Below, piece by piece: positions 19,336 to 29,673 of a stretch of DNA of 64,000 nt. Below the pieces are notes generated by a model. The model saw only the letters and a program-made list of their open reading frames with translations, was not told where the DNA came from and made no database searches. Positions within the stretch are counted from its first letter, which is position 1, and each line of letters starts with the position of its first letter. The translations under genes and the position numbers were made by a program. Origin of the DNA: a virus; the IMG/VR virus record IMGVR_UViG_3300023063_000001, positions 19,572 to 83,571 of that record. The stretch is one strand, 5' to 3'.

Positions 19336-20136
19336 TTAATATAGCGTTGCGAACACACCGCCGTTCTTATTACTATAATCTGAATCGCCGTAGTTAAGAC
19401 CCCAACCAAGCCCGTACCCATAAGTCCCGTTAATATCACCGAAACCAAGGGCACCCGGACTGCCATCAAATCCAAAATACTCCCCGGCTTGGTATTCCCC
19501 ATACTTAACCCCTACACCAACTGTCTTAGGAATTAACCTAGAAGGGTAGCCATCTGTGGAGTTAATATAAGCTAACAAGCCTTTTTCATAGTCGCTAAGC
19601 TGTCTACCAAAGAGGACAGTGACGTTAGCATTACCATCTTCTGTAAGGGATGTACCTGTTGTACCAAAGATTAGATTGACTACTTCAAGAAATTCTTCTG
19701 GTGTAGAGGCTGTGGTGTTCTTATAAATCTTAGCTCTGATAAAAAGACGATAGGTGTCATCATCTAAGGCAATATTACCGCCTGTAGGAGCACCGTAGTC
19801 TAGAAACTTACCACCATATAAATTACTACCGTACTCTCCAAAACTTGCTGCTTTAGGTGCTCCGACAAAGCCAAAGAAGGTGTAGAGGTCAGCATTCAGT
19901 AGAACACGGTCTTGACCTACAATACGTCCTATGACATCAAGCTGAGCACCTGTAGCGTTATCAATATCACGAAGCTGAAGAAGATCTTTAAACACTTCCT
20001 GGATATTGGTTTGAGCATCTACTAGAAGTTGCAAATACTTGTCAAACACCGGAGCATATTCTTGTTTAAATTGTTCAGTTGTTCGACTTCTTGCCGTTGC
20101 TAAAAAATCCTCTTCATTAAACACAGGAGTTGTCAT
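19336..20136 (-). CDS. Baseplate wedge protein (DUF2612-like)
   Basis: ATGAQLDVIGRIVG, FFGF, DDDTYRLFIRAKI. Confidence 0.8.
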   Translation of the reverse strand: MTTPVFNEEDFLATARSRTTEQFKQEYAPVFDKYLQLLVDAQTNIQEVFKDLLQLRDIDNATGAQLDVIGRIVGQDRVLLNADLYTFFGFVGAPKAASFGEYGSNLYGGKFLDYGAPTGGNIALDDDTYRLFIRAKIYKNTTASTPEEFLEVVNLIFGTTGTSLTEDGNANVTVLFGRQLSDYEKGLLAYINSTDGYPSRLIPKTVGVGVKYGEYQAGEYFGFDGSPGALGFGDINGTYGYGLGWGLNYGDSDYSNKNGGVFATLY

Positions 20137-20148
20137 ATTTAAACTCCC

Positions 20149-21618
20149 TTATGTGTTAATGACTATATTGACTGAGGAAATTGAAGCTATCTGATTAAAA
20201 GCAATTGGGATAGTTGGTCCTGTGCCTGTTGGGCTTGGTGATGTGCCAACAAACAAACTGTCTACTTGAAAACCCGCAACAGAATTTATTGGAGTGTAGA
20301 GACGGCTGTAAATAACATCATCACCAATACCAAGAGTTCCAATGTAAGCAACCAAGGCCGAAGCAATATCATCTTTACCCGTTGCTGGAAAGTTGCTATC
20401 TGTTTCAAGGGTCATTGTAATGTATAGGGGTACAGGATCTGGTCTTTCAAAACCAATATTGTGTGCAAACCCTTGACCACCATCAACACCTTGATTATCA
20501 TAAATAACTACAACCGTGTCACCATAGCTTCGTATACCCATTGGTTTGTTTTCCCAAATGGATTCTGCAATATCGCTAGACAATCCACCTAGAACAATAG
20601 GCATGAAGCTGTGGGCAGGAACACCTAAAGAATCTGTCGTATCTGTATCATTCTCATAGATTCTAACCTCTTGCACGCCATCAAGGCTAATCAAAGAGGA
20701 ATAAAGAGCTTCAAGAATATTACTCGCACGTTCAAACTTTGTTTCTCGAAAGCGAAGACGAAGTTCATCATCTGTTTCAAGGTTTCTTCCGGGAGACGCA
20801 GCCGTTGGATTATAAACACTATCCCAACCAAGTTGTGGAGTTAGAATCTTGCTTAAACTATTAACTTCAGCATCCACAGGACCGCTGACAGTTGACTGCA
20901 CTTCACCAATCTTTTGTACTTTAGTGATACCAAGATTACTTGTGGTAGTAAAGCTAACTACTGCAAATTCATCTACACGAACTAATGTAACAACACTGCC
21001 AACAACTGTAGCTGTAAGAGTGGGGTGGCTTGTACCAACCAATGCTGCAATACCCGCAACAATAGTAGCTGCTGTAGCACCTGTTCCGCTTGTGTAATTA
21101 ATGCTATTGCTTGTAGAGATAGAAGAATAAGTGATGGTATATAAGGTGTTGTCAGCTACAACCAAAGGAGAGAATGTAGCACCTGTTGCAGATGTAGGAG
21201 ATAAGGCAACAGGGGAGAGGAGTGTCCATTGTGAGCTATCAACAGTACTACCAATAGTTAAGCCTGAAGCTACAAGAGTACCGTTATCACCAGCCAGAAT
21301 CACTTGTGCTGTGGAGAAAGAGGAGCCTAAACGTGTGATACCGCCCAAGGCTACTAGGTTATCAAGGGAGATTCCTGTGGCTGTATTAGGGTCAAATGCC
21401 CCGTATAAATCCTGCATTTGTTCCCATAGAAGAGATTCACCAGCAGCATCTAGAGCAATCAATCTACCAAGAATACTGGAGTCACTTGTGTCCACCACAT
21501 CGCCAACAGCTGTCTGATCTTGAAACAGTTGTACAGCTTTAGCTCTCTTTTCTGTTAAGATGTCAGAGAGTCTTTTATTTATAAATCCTAGTGACGTAAG
21601 ACCGTATGCAGTTGCCAT
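20149..21618 (-). CDS. Baseplate J-like protein
   Basis: TATGISLD, GRNLETDDELRLR, YENDT..PAHS. Confidence 0.9.
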   Translation of the reverse strand: MATAYGLTSLGFINKRLSDILTEKRAKAVQLFQDQTAVGDVVDTSDSSILGRLIALDAAGESLLWEQMQDLYGAFDPNTATGISLDNLVALGGITRLGSSFSTAQVILAGDNGTLVASGLTIGSTVDSSQWTLLSPVALSPTSATGATFSPLVVADNTLYTITYSSISTSNSINYTSGTGATAATIVAGIAALVGTSHPTLTATVVGSVVTLVRVDEFAVVSFTTTSNLGITKVQKIGEVQSTVSGPVDAEVNSLSKILTPQLGWDSVYNPTAASPGRNLETDDELRLRFRETKFERASNILEALYSSLISLDGVQEVRIYENDTDTTDSLGVPAHSFMPIVLGGLSSDIAESIWENKPMGIRSYGDTVVVIYDNQGVDGGQGFAHNIGFERPDPVPLYITMTLETDSNFPATGKDDIASALVAYIGTLGIGDDVIYSRLYTPINSVAGFQVDSLFVGTSPSPTGTGPTIPIAFNQIASISSVNIVINT

Positions 21619-21637
21619 ATATTTTTCTCTTTTTAAA

Positions 21638-21997
21638 TTAAACTGATACGGTCACAGAGGCACTGCCTTCTTTAGTCAGAACGGTAAATGAGCAACTGTA
21701 AAGTCTTGTGTAAGCATCAAAAGTAGATGTGAAAGATTGGATTTCTAATACACCAGATTCAGCAAGGATTTGTTCACGAAAAATGTTATCTACTGTTGTC
21801 TTGGAAACATTCTTCTTCAATATTTGCTCAAAGTAGGGCATACCATAAGTTGTGTTAATGAACCAATCACCTAAAAAACTACGAAGCCTAATAGTTAATC
21901 GTTGAGCAACAACATCTTGAGCAGATTGGGTAATACCAGCTAAAGTAAGTGGACCATTGATAAACACGGCATCACCATCAGTAAGTCTAATATCCAT
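21638..21997 (-). CDS. Baseplate wedge / sheath initiator
   Basis: QRLTIRLRSFLGDWFINTTYGMPY. Confidence 0.75.
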   Translation of the reverse strand: MDIRLTDGDAVFINGPLTLAGITQSAQDVVAQRLTIRLRSFLGDWFINTTYGMPYFEQILKKNVSKTTVDNIFREQILAESGVLEIQSFTSTFDAYTRLYSCSFTVLTKEGSASVTVSV

Positions 21998-22006
21998 ACT
22001 TCCCTC

Positions 22007-22744
22007 TTAGTTACTTGGTGGTGGTGAAGAACCGTGTTTATGGGTGCTGAAAATTACTCCGTTGAAGGTTTGAACACCGACAGATGTAAAGTTTCCAGTG
22101 TGTTGTATGTTACCCACCCAAGTGGTATTAACACTATCTACAACCAAGTTCTGAGCATTCAAATTAATAGAGTTGTTAGCATTGACTGTAACATCTGAAG
22201 CATTGATGGTTACAGGACAATTGCTCGTATTAATCTCAATTGATCCGTCTTGTTTAAGGCGTATTTCAGCCTCTACAGAGCCTAGCCCTGCAAACAACAC
22301 TGTATCCTTGGGGTCATGCGTTAAGACGTGTTTGGTAGGGTTATTTACCGATACTCCGGGGGGTTGAATCCCTGCAATAGCGATAGCATCCTTATAATCC
22401 AACATCCTGAAATCAGTAGGGGTGACAGGGTAACCATTGCCAGCTTTCCAAGAATCTAAACCTCTCTCTGAGAAGATAAGAAGAACTGTATCGCCCTTAT
22501 CGACTGGGAATGTCATACCTGCTGTTTTAGAGACAGGAAATTGAAGAGGGACATTTAGAATAGTAGGACGTTCTACAGCACCACTCCCATCGAACATTTT
22601 AAGGTTGAGAGAAGGTTGAACGTCCACTTGCATATTAGCAAGGTCTGCCCTTACAACTATAGCTGGAATGCTGAAATGAAAGTTTTCAAAATGATGTTCA
22701 ATAGCGGAGTTTAGTGTTTCTTGAAGCGAAGATTCTCTTGCCAT
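22007..22744 (-). CDS. Baseplate central spike (gp138-like)
   Basis: FPVDKGDTVLLIFSERGLD; C-terminal HKH tip motif. Confidence 0.85.
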   Translation of the reverse strand: MARESSLQETLNSAIEHHFENFHFSIPAIVVRADLANMQVDVQPSLNLKMFDGSGAVERPTILNVPLQFPVSKTAGMTFPVDKGDTVLLIFSERGLDSWKAGNGYPVTPTDFRMLDYKDAIAIAGIQPPGVSVNNPTKHVLTHDPKDTVLFAGLGSVEAEIRLKQDGSIEINTSNCPVTINASDVTVNANNSINLNAQNLVVDSVNTTWVGNIQHTGNFTSVGVQTFNGVIFSTHKHGSSPPPSN

Positions 22745-22747
22745 AAT

Positions 22748-23641
22748 TTAACTCGCTAATCTTTGACTGCAACGACATTCACTTACCCACTGCCCACCAC
22801 GCCAGCTACCTGTGTGCCTGACAGATTCAATTTTGTAAAACCCATCGAGACTGTTACCCTGATCAAGCTTTATGATTGACCCTGCATAAAAATCAGCATT
22901 TAAGTTTGCTTGAAATTGAATGCCTGCCACTTTTGCAGGGTCAGGTTTCTTAACAATACCTTGACCACTAACTTTATAAGCTAAGTCAATCAAACCCGTC
23001 TCAGGAGACACAACGATAGCTTGGTCGGTGGTTGATTGATAACTTTGTCCCCTATCCATAAGGTATAGAGTATTGTTATCAATTGTGTATTCCATTTCAC
23101 CATCATGACACAGCTTATCTAAAGCAGCTTTAGGGGTGCCAGTCAACGGATACCCTGAGATAACAGGGTTATTACAATTAACCCCCGAGTACAAGCCTTT
23201 GTTAATACCTGTGATCTTCTTTCTAATAGCTTCAACCACTTCTTTCTTCTTAGCTCCAGGGGGTAGAATACCTGAAAGCTGAGTAAAGTTTAAAGCAGAA
23301 TACCCCGCTCCCATTAGAATTTGAGTGATCAAATCTTGACCTGATTGCCTTGTTGTTACTTGGGCAATTTCACCAGCAAACAACCTCTTTATATGTGTGT
23401 TGTAATACCCTGCATTAAATTCAGCAGCTACGAACTCTTTATCAAGCAAAGCGAGCGTATTGTCATCCACATTATAGATTTCAATAGTGCAAGAATTTGT
23501 CTTGTCTTTATTACTACTACTTTTACTCACTTCGAAAGTAATCTGAAGATTATCAATCAATATGGCATTGTTAGGGTCATTTTTATAATCCCCTATTGTG
23601 AGTGAATACCCCCTATTAACATAGGTATTTTCCAACGCCAT
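22748..23641 (-). CDS. Baseplate hub
   Basis: ITFEVSK..IEIYN..AGY; SPETGLI; synteny. Confidence 0.75.
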   Translation of the reverse strand: MALENTYVNRGYSLTIGDYKNDPNNAILIDNLQITFEVSKSSSNKDKTNSCTIEIYNVDDNTLALLDKEFVAAEFNAGYYNTHIKRLFAGEIAQVTTRQSGQDLITQILMGAGYSALNFTQLSGILPPGAKKKEVVEAIRKKITGINKGLYSGVNCNNPVISGYPLTGTPKAALDKLCHDGEMEYTIDNNTLYLMDRGQSYQSTTDQAIVVSPETGLIDLAYKVSGQGIVKKPDPAKVAGIQFQANLNADFYAGSIIKLDQGNSLDGFYKIESVRHTGSWRGGQWVSECRCSQRLAS

Positions 23642-23654
23642 GTTTTATTTCCTT

Positions 23655-23996
23655 TTAAGTGAGAGAGGGTATGTATTCAAATGTGTAATATTGACTCAAC
23701 GCTTCAGGGACTTCTTTATACTTTTCAGAAGTTATCGAGGGTATAGGATATAGCCAAAAGAAGCCTGTAAGATTGGGAAGGATATAATCAATAGCAATAG
23801 GATATTTAGGCAGTAAAGCCAATCCGGCTATAATTAAAGACCTATCTTCTGTATACAATGACATAAACCATTTTTTAGAGTAGTCATTGTATTGTATTTC
23901 AATAATGTATACATCATTATCATCTTGCAAACTTATAGAATATTCATAAAAGTAATCAGAAAAGAGGGGTAGATTAACTGAAGTGTATGTTGTCAT
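23655..23996 (-). CDS. Baseplate/virion structural protein
   Basis: YN..W.MSL motif; synteny. Confidence 0.65.
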   Translation of the reverse strand: MTTYTSVNLPLFSDYFYEYSISLQDDNDVYIIEIQYNDYSKKWFMSLYTEDRSLIIAGLALLPKYPIAIDYILPNLTGFFWLYPIPSITSEKYKEVPEALSQYYTFEYIPSLT

Positions 23997-24757
23997 TGTG
24001 GCAACCCTTCTAAGTCATCTGATTGATCTTTTTCTTCATCAACTTTAGGTATATTACCTTTCTTAGATTTTGGGGACGCCCTACTTTTTAAAGCCTTGAC
24101 AACATCGGGTGTTAAAGCTGTAGTCTGAAGCGTTACAAAACTAACTTGTTCAAATTGAAGATCACAGAATAATGCATCACCACTGTCCACTGTTTCTTTT
24201 ATGTCAAGAGTTACTAAACACAAATCATCATAAGTCTTAGTTAAGGCTGAGCCTTCAAACTCAAATAATTTGATTGGTCTAATTCTTGTTTCTGTCTTTC
24301 CGGTTGTTGTGTTGTAGAAGCTGCCAGACATAAGTTTGGTGAGACAAGTTTCTACATACGTCTTGTAATTTGTTCGTATAGGAGAGACAGTGATGGTATT
24401 GGAAGAAGGTTTTAAGAATTGACCAATAGACTCAGGTAAAAAATTTAGTAATGAGTTTGAACTACTTTGGATAGTAGCAGCATCTGGCTGGTCAATAGCA
24501 TTATTAGCTAAATTATCCTCATCATCTCTAATCAAAGCATATACAGAGGATATATCAGCAAAGCTAACGACTCCTGTGAATCCAAAAGTAGGATTTTCAG
24601 CAGTATAGTTATCTGTTGATGATCTTCCACGGGCTGTAGGGTTCTTTGTAACCTGCCCTCGTTGGTTACGAGAGTAGAGAGTTACACTATCAAAGTACAA
24701 CCAAAACCCGGAATCCGACTTATCTGTTGAAGGTGGAAGCTTTATACCTAAACTCAT
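23993..24757 (-). CDS. Tail tube initiator / Dit-like protein
   Basis: VTKNP..G..TD motif; follows tape measure. Confidence 0.6.
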   Translation of the reverse strand: MSLGIKLPPSTDKSDSGFWLYFDSVTLYSRNQRGQVTKNPTARGRSSTDNYTAENPTFGFTGVVSFADISSVYALIRDDEDNLANNAIDQPDAATIQSSSNSLLNFLPESIGQFLKPSSNTITVSPIRTNYKTYVETCLTKLMSGSFYNTTTGKTETRIRPIKLFEFEGSALTKTYDDLCLVTLDIKETVDSGDALFCDLQFEQVSFVTLQTTALTPDVVKALKSRASPKSKKGNIPKVDEEKDQSDDLEGLPQ

Positions 24758-24766
24758 AAAGCCTCC

Positions 24767-26467
24767 TTATCGGGCACTTTTTGCATAATTCAATTGGGCA
24801 TTAGCCCATACAGTTTCCATTGCAGGGGCTAGCTGAGCTTTGAAATCATCCATCATACCAGAGGCATTAGTAGCGGATGTATTCACTATGATGTCCCCAA
24901 CAGTCACTGTGGTAGTTTGCGTAGTGGCTTTAGGTGTGGACATACTGTTAGATAAAATAGGGATGTCTTCATTACGACCAAGAGGATTGACGTTAACATC
25001 GGGCAGTGTATGTGTACCTGTAGCATCAACCTTTTTCTTCCAATCGTCTTTGGTCATATACCCAGCTTTCTCAGAAAAACTATCAACCATCATGCTGAAC
25101 TTTTCTGAAGGGCTCATATTCGGAGAATCCCAAATCATCCCTAAAACACTACCACTACCAATATTATTATTACCAATGTTACCAAGCTTTGTTGCTGCGG
25201 CAGGAATGTCTTTTCCACCAAACTGTACAGCCCAACGAATAGCTGAAGCTGAATAGTTCATAGTAGCAACTTCAGCAGCATTCATGGCTTCTTTTAGGGG
25301 TTTTAATGCTGCCTCTAGTTCACGTTCTGCTGCAATACGATTCTTTGTAGCATCTTCGATTTGCTTGCCGTCACGTTCAAACTGATTCCAAAACTTATCG
25401 TTTGCAAGCCGTTGAGCGTTTGCACGCACCGAGTTTACAGCCTCATCAAGCTCTTTTGTATATTTTGTTGAACTTATCTGATATGCTGAAATCAAATCCC
25501 CGGATGTAACCTGCCCTTTCTTCTGTGCAGTTTGGTAATCACCCGATAGGTTTTCCCCAGCGTAGTTGGTTCGTTTAGCCCAAGCTTTTTGAACAAGAGT
25601 TTTAATCTCCGGGTCACCACCACCCTCCACCAAGGCGTTCATATCTTGTTGGCCAACTTTCTGCTTACCTAGAATCTGTGTGATTTGACGCATAGCAGCT
25701 TTTTGTTGATCTGAGCTAAGGTGTCTTACAGCAAAACGTTGGGAAAACAAATCGTAGTTACTGAGTGCTTGGCGAGTACTAATACCATTACCACGTTGAA
25801 GAGCAATAGCGGTGTTAAAGTCTGTCACGCCCTCTTCAGCGCTATTACCATACTTATTGCTATTCCTTTTGTACCAAGCAATGGCATTTGCCTTTCGGGT
25901 ATCACTACCACCTACAGATTGACCAAGAAGGATACGTTTAGTATCGTTACCAATCACACGTTCTTGTACTTCATCTAGTCGCCGGTTTACAGCATAGCCG
26001 GCTGCAACAGTAGCCCCTATTCCTAGACCAGCTAAACCAAGACGACCACCCACAAGATTGGCCAAACCAAAGCCTGTGTGCTCAGCAAATCTAGGACTAA
26101 ATAATCTTTCGGATCGAAACTGGTGGGAGTCTGCAACAGAGCTTGATATTTGCTGTACTCTTGCCCTTCGTCCACCTTGTGCATTAAGATTTACCGGAAG
26201 GTTAACACCCCTGGATGCTCTGAGTAAACTAGCTTGAAGGTTACGTTCATTTACAACAAACTTAGATATTTGAAATGTAACTTTTCCAGTTGCAAGATCT
26301 AGGGCATCGCCCAAAACTTTTGTGAGATTTTTCTGATTAACAGAGAAGCTTTTAAGTCTATTTTCAATTTGAGTGAATAGACTATCTACTTTATGAATAC
26401 TTGTTGCGTCTACTTTAACACCGAGAGAGGCCCAAAACTTGGCTACTTCTTGACTATTATTTTCCAT
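24767..26467 (-). CDS. Tape measure protein
   Basis: Helical Ala/Gln-rich protein, AMRQITQILGK motif; follows chaperone genes. Confidence 0.8.
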   Translation of the reverse strand: MENNSQEVAKFWASLGVKVDATSIHKVDSLFTQIENRLKSFSVNQKNLTKVLGDALDLATGKVTFQISKFVVNERNLQASLLRASRGVNLPVNLNAQGGRRARVQQISSSVADSHQFRSERLFSPRFAEHTGFGLANLVGGRLGLAGLGIGATVAAGYAVNRRLDEVQERVIGNDTKRILLGQSVGGSDTRKANAIAWYKRNSNKYGNSAEEGVTDFNTAIALQRGNGISTRQALSNYDLFSQRFAVRHLSSDQQKAAMRQITQILGKQKVGQQDMNALVEGGGDPEIKTLVQKAWAKRTNYAGENLSGDYQTAQKKGQVTSGDLISAYQISSTKYTKELDEAVNSVRANAQRLANDKFWNQFERDGKQIEDATKNRIAAERELEAALKPLKEAMNAAEVATMNYSASAIRWAVQFGGKDIPAAATKLGNIGNNNIGSGSVLGMIWDSPNMSPSEKFSMMVDSFSEKAGYMTKDDWKKKVDATGTHTLPDVNVNPLGRNEDIPILSNSMSTPKATTQTTTVTVGDIIVNTSATNASGMMDDFKAQLAPAMETVWANAQLNYAKSAR

Positions 26468-26756
26468 TTAATTTAAAAGCCTCTTCTTTTCTTCGGTGGT
26501 TATCTATCTCAGCTTTTGTTTTAATTTCTTTTGATTCCTCAAAAGCTTCAAGCACTTCAATATCTTCTGCAAAATCTAGAAGATCTGAAAGTGTGTAGAC
26601 GCTAGCTAACTCAGCCTTGGTACATTTTATTCTTGGATGGGTGGTGACTTTCAGAATAAGCCAGTTTTGAGAGTATCCGTCTGTAATCTCTTTATCAAGA
26701 CTGGATGGTGCAGAGGAGGCTTTTACTCTCCTACTGAACCTTGATCGGGAAAATTT
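26457..26756 (-). CDS. Tail assembly chaperone -1 frameshift extension (lambda gpGT-like)
   Basis: Slippery A AAU UUU at 26756-26750; -1 frame open to TAA 26459-26457, includes ELASVYTLSDLLDF. Confidence 0.75.
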   Translation of the reverse strand, partial: KFSRSRFSRRVKASSAPSSLDKEITDGYSQNWLILKVTTHPRIKCTKAELASVYTLSDLLDFAEDIEVLEAFEESKEIKTKAEIDNHRRKEEAFKLNGK

Positions 26757-27046
26757 TCATCAAAGTTAAACTCAAGGACAGAGTTGTAAACATCCATCAA
26801 GTGTGTATACCGACCAGAAAAGTATTCATCAAACTTATCACTTGAAATTCGAACGCTACCAATTGCAACAGATGAACATACTACATCTTTAATAAAAGCT
26901 GGAGTCACCATATCATCACGAAGCTTGAACTGTACATCCAAACCTTTGATAGCTGAAAGCTTAGTGAATACATACTCCACGGGGGCTACATTGCCATCTT
27001 TACTTTTGTAACCTTCAATGGTAAAAAATTTAGTTTCGAGTGCCAT
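26723..27046 (-). CDS. Tail assembly chaperone
   Basis: Between tube and tape measure genes; ATG 27046. Confidence 0.75.
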   Translation of the reverse strand: MALETKFFTIEGYKSKDGNVAPVEYVFTKLSAIKGLDVQFKLRDDMVTPAFIKDVVCSSVAIGSVRISSDKFDEYFSGRYTHLMDVYNSVLEFNFDENFPDQGSVGE

Positions 27047-27059
27047 GTTATTTCTCAAT

Positions 27060-27533
27060 TTAAAACAAGGATGAAACTCCGGAGGAGATTGCATCTAAAA
27101 GTGAACCAGAAGGTGTGGTAGTGTTACCAACATTGTAAACGTCTGTACTTAGGCATTGTATTGTCCAAGCCCTTTCAGATAAGGAAGCGTCAAATACAAC
27201 GTCAGCAAAGTTAACCACAAAAGCTTCTGAGGATTTAAATAAGCTTGTCCCACCTGTGTCTTTTAATAACAACTCAAGACGTGATGTCCCAGAGGTTAAG
27301 TCAGCAGTTAGTAAACTAGAGAATATACTATTCCATTCGCTACCGGCTGGTAACGTAAGTCTAACCGTCGCACTTGTGTCATAGCTTAATACTCGCGTGT
27401 GCTTACCACGAATACCCTTAATCGTCAGGATAGGGTAGCTGTCTCTTGTAATAGAAATTACATTCCAACCTACTAAGATTTGTTCGCCAATAACTAGATA
27501 TATTGCTTCAGGATCATAAGTTGTTATTGTCAT
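27060..27533 (-). CDS. Tail tube-fold protein (paralogue 3)
   Basis: TYDP..KDTGGTSLF..R.W motifs shared with the two upstream genes. Confidence 0.7.
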   Translation of the reverse strand: MTITTYDPEAIYLVIGEQILVGWNVISITRDSYPILTIKGIRGKHTRVLSYDTSATVRLTLPAGSEWNSIFSSLLTADLTSGTSRLELLLKDTGGTSLFKSSEAFVVNFADVVFDASLSERAWTIQCLSTDVYNVGNTTTPSGSLLDAISSGVSSLF

Positions 27534-28030
27534 GAAATCAAACCTGCAAGACTTGGAATCTCAGCCACCAAAGTATTAATAATATCTTCAGCTATAGAGG
27601 ATGCACCATAGCTATCACCAAAGCTAACAACACCTTCACTCGCCCTGATAATCCAAGTGCGAGGTACTACACTATCACCAAAGATTAAATCAGGTTGTGC
27701 TTCAATCCAGCATGTAGTAGAGAAAAACAAACTTGATCCCGATGTATCTTTAATAAATAAAGGAAATTTAGCAACGGTTGTAGTTTGATCTGCAATCAGA
27801 AAGTATTGAAGTATTTTACTTGTCTTGCTGACAGATGATAGAGTTAATTCTATAGTGTAAGACTTACTGGAATTCCTGCGCCTGTATTGAACACCATCTG
27901 TTGAAACACTGCTTGAAAAAGTTTGTGCGTCTTTACTAACCCTAACAAATGTTCCTGATTCAACATCTTCTACAATAATACCAAGGATGTTAATAGTTAC
28001 ACTGGTTGGATCATACATTGAAAAAGGCAT
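27530..28030 (-). CDS. Tail tube-fold protein (paralogue 2)
   Basis: MYDP..IKDTSGSSLF..RTW. Confidence 0.7.
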   Translation of the reverse strand: MPFSMYDPTSVTINILGIIVEDVESGTFVRVSKDAQTFSSSVSTDGVQYRRRNSSKSYTIELTLSSVSKTSKILQYFLIADQTTTVAKFPLFIKDTSGSSLFFSTTCWIEAQPDLIFGDSVVPRTWIIRASEGVVSFGDSYGASSIAEDIINTLVAEIPSLAGLIS

Positions 28031-28081
28031 ATTCTCTCCTTATCTGGAGAGGGGCAATAAAGCCCCATCCCTCTTCTTTAT

Positions 28082-28615
28082 TTAGCTAATCCATTTGGCT
28101 GGAATAGTTACACCTAAGCTAGCAGCTTCGTCAACCAAAGCACCATCAACTTTACTGTTACCACCAAGAATATCTTCAAGCTTGTTAACACGTACCACCC
28201 ACTCACGGGTTTCCATTGTGTTACCATACATTGCATTTGGTTTAACAGCTACATAAGCTTGATAACCATAGTGTAGCGAACGGCCAGATGTGTCTTTAAC
28301 AGTAATAGAGAACAAGTTATCGCTTGACTTACCACGAATGTCACGAGCAAACAAAGCATCAAGAATATCATTGGTATCTGAAGTCATCTGTAGTGGGATG
28401 GTAATGTTAGCTTTATCCCAAACAGCATTATAGATACGAGTTGTATTGCCGTAAGCCCCAACTGATTCAGACCAAGCGTCTGAACGCTCGATTCTCACGA
28501 TCTCTGATTCGCTCACACCGTCAACAATATGTGAACGAGGGGCACCATTATTATCTTCCCAATCAAGAATTATATAAACTTGCGTGGGATCATAACTACT
28601 AAGCATACCACTCAT
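28082..28615 (-). CDS. Major tail tube protein (DUF3277-like)
   Basis: SYDP..LQMTS..VKDTSGRSL..REW; follows sheath, followed by a hairpin. Confidence 0.78.
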   Translation of the reverse strand: MSGMLSSYDPTQVYIILDWEDNNGAPRSHIVDGVSESEIVRIERSDAWSESVGAYGNTTRIYNAVWDKANITIPLQMTSDTNDILDALFARDIRGKSSDNLFSITVKDTSGRSLHYGYQAYVAVKPNAMYGNTMETREWVVRVNKLEDILGGNSKVDGALVDEAASLGVTIPAKWIS

Positions 28616-28642
28616 AGTAAATTCTCCTTATCAATCAGTTGG

Positions 28643-29665
28643 TTACACATGCACGGTTCCTTTTATAATTACTTTTTCGACGGCCCCTTGTAGGGTTGCA
28701 TCAAATAAGAAGTCACCGGCAATACGTTGCAGACGTTGGTTCTCCGGGATGTCACTCACTCTTGGGACCGTGATTGTGTAGGTACTATAAGCACCATTGG
28801 TCACACCAAGAGCTAGTACAGAACGCATCTGAGCTTCAACCAAAGCAAATCCTGCATCGGTGTACGGAACTTTAGGCTTGCGAACCAACATACCAAATAC
28901 TGACTCTTGCATACGGGCAATCGTCCAAAACACAATGATCTGTTGATCAATTTTTGTGCCATCTGCCATCATATTATGCCGAGTGATGTTTACCCCTGCA
29001 ATAGTGATATAGTAGGACATGTTCTTACTTTCTAGGTTAGTGCGAGCAGTCTTCGAAAGATTGTCTGCTGGGACACCTTCAAGAGTCTTAAATTCCCAAG
29101 TGTTAGCACCCGGAGTATAAGTCAACTGGCTGCCTACCCATGCAGCTTCTGGATAATATGTATCTGCTGCTGTGTGGAAAGTGGTGCTTGTTTGGTCATA
29201 ACCCAAGGCTTTAAGCTGGGCACCAATATCTGTTGTAGTCACTGCAAGGGCTGTAGCATCTTGGGTAGATGTGAAATATACTTTGTTAACCGTTGCAATA
29301 TAACCAGCCATGGCCAGAACATCAGCAGGAACGTGTGTACCAGCAACCAAAGCAAACCAAGTACTGTTTTCAGCATCTACGGCTGTCAAGGCTTGTAGCC
29401 AAGTTTCTGTAGTTGGTACTTTACGCCCAATCACTACAGTATTAGGAGATTGATCCTGACCAAAAATTGCTTCTGCCATTGTTAGAACAAGAGGAGCATT
29501 GAAGTCTTCAACAACCTCAGCGTAAGAGGAATAGGTACGAGTACGTGAATCAGTCCAATCCGTAAATTCGGCTAGAATTAGGGGGATCGTAAATGAAGCC
29601 GTGGTGATAGTTTCTGTCTGAGCACTGATGCTGACAGAAACTACATCATCTAGCATATTAGCCAT
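28643..29665 (-). CDS. Tail sheath protein (DUF3383-like), compact 340 aa
   Basis: TWEFKTLEGV, KVPYTDAG, LQGAV motifs; synteny. Confidence 0.88.
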   Translation of the reverse strand: MANMLDDVVSVSISAQTETITTASFTIPLILAEFTDWTDSRTRTYSSYAEVVEDFNAPLVLTMAEAIFGQDQSPNTVVIGRKVPTTETWLQALTAVDAENSTWFALVAGTHVPADVLAMAGYIATVNKVYFTSTQDATALAVTTTDIGAQLKALGYDQTSTTFHTAADTYYPEAAWVGSQLTYTPGANTWEFKTLEGVPADNLSKTARTNLESKNMSYYITIAGVNITRHNMMADGTKIDQQIIVFWTIARMQESVFGMLVRKPKVPYTDAGFALVEAQMRSVLALGVTNGAYSTYTITVPRVSDIPENQRLQRIAGDFLFDATLQGAVEKVIIKGTVHV

Positions 29666-29673
29666 TTATTATT

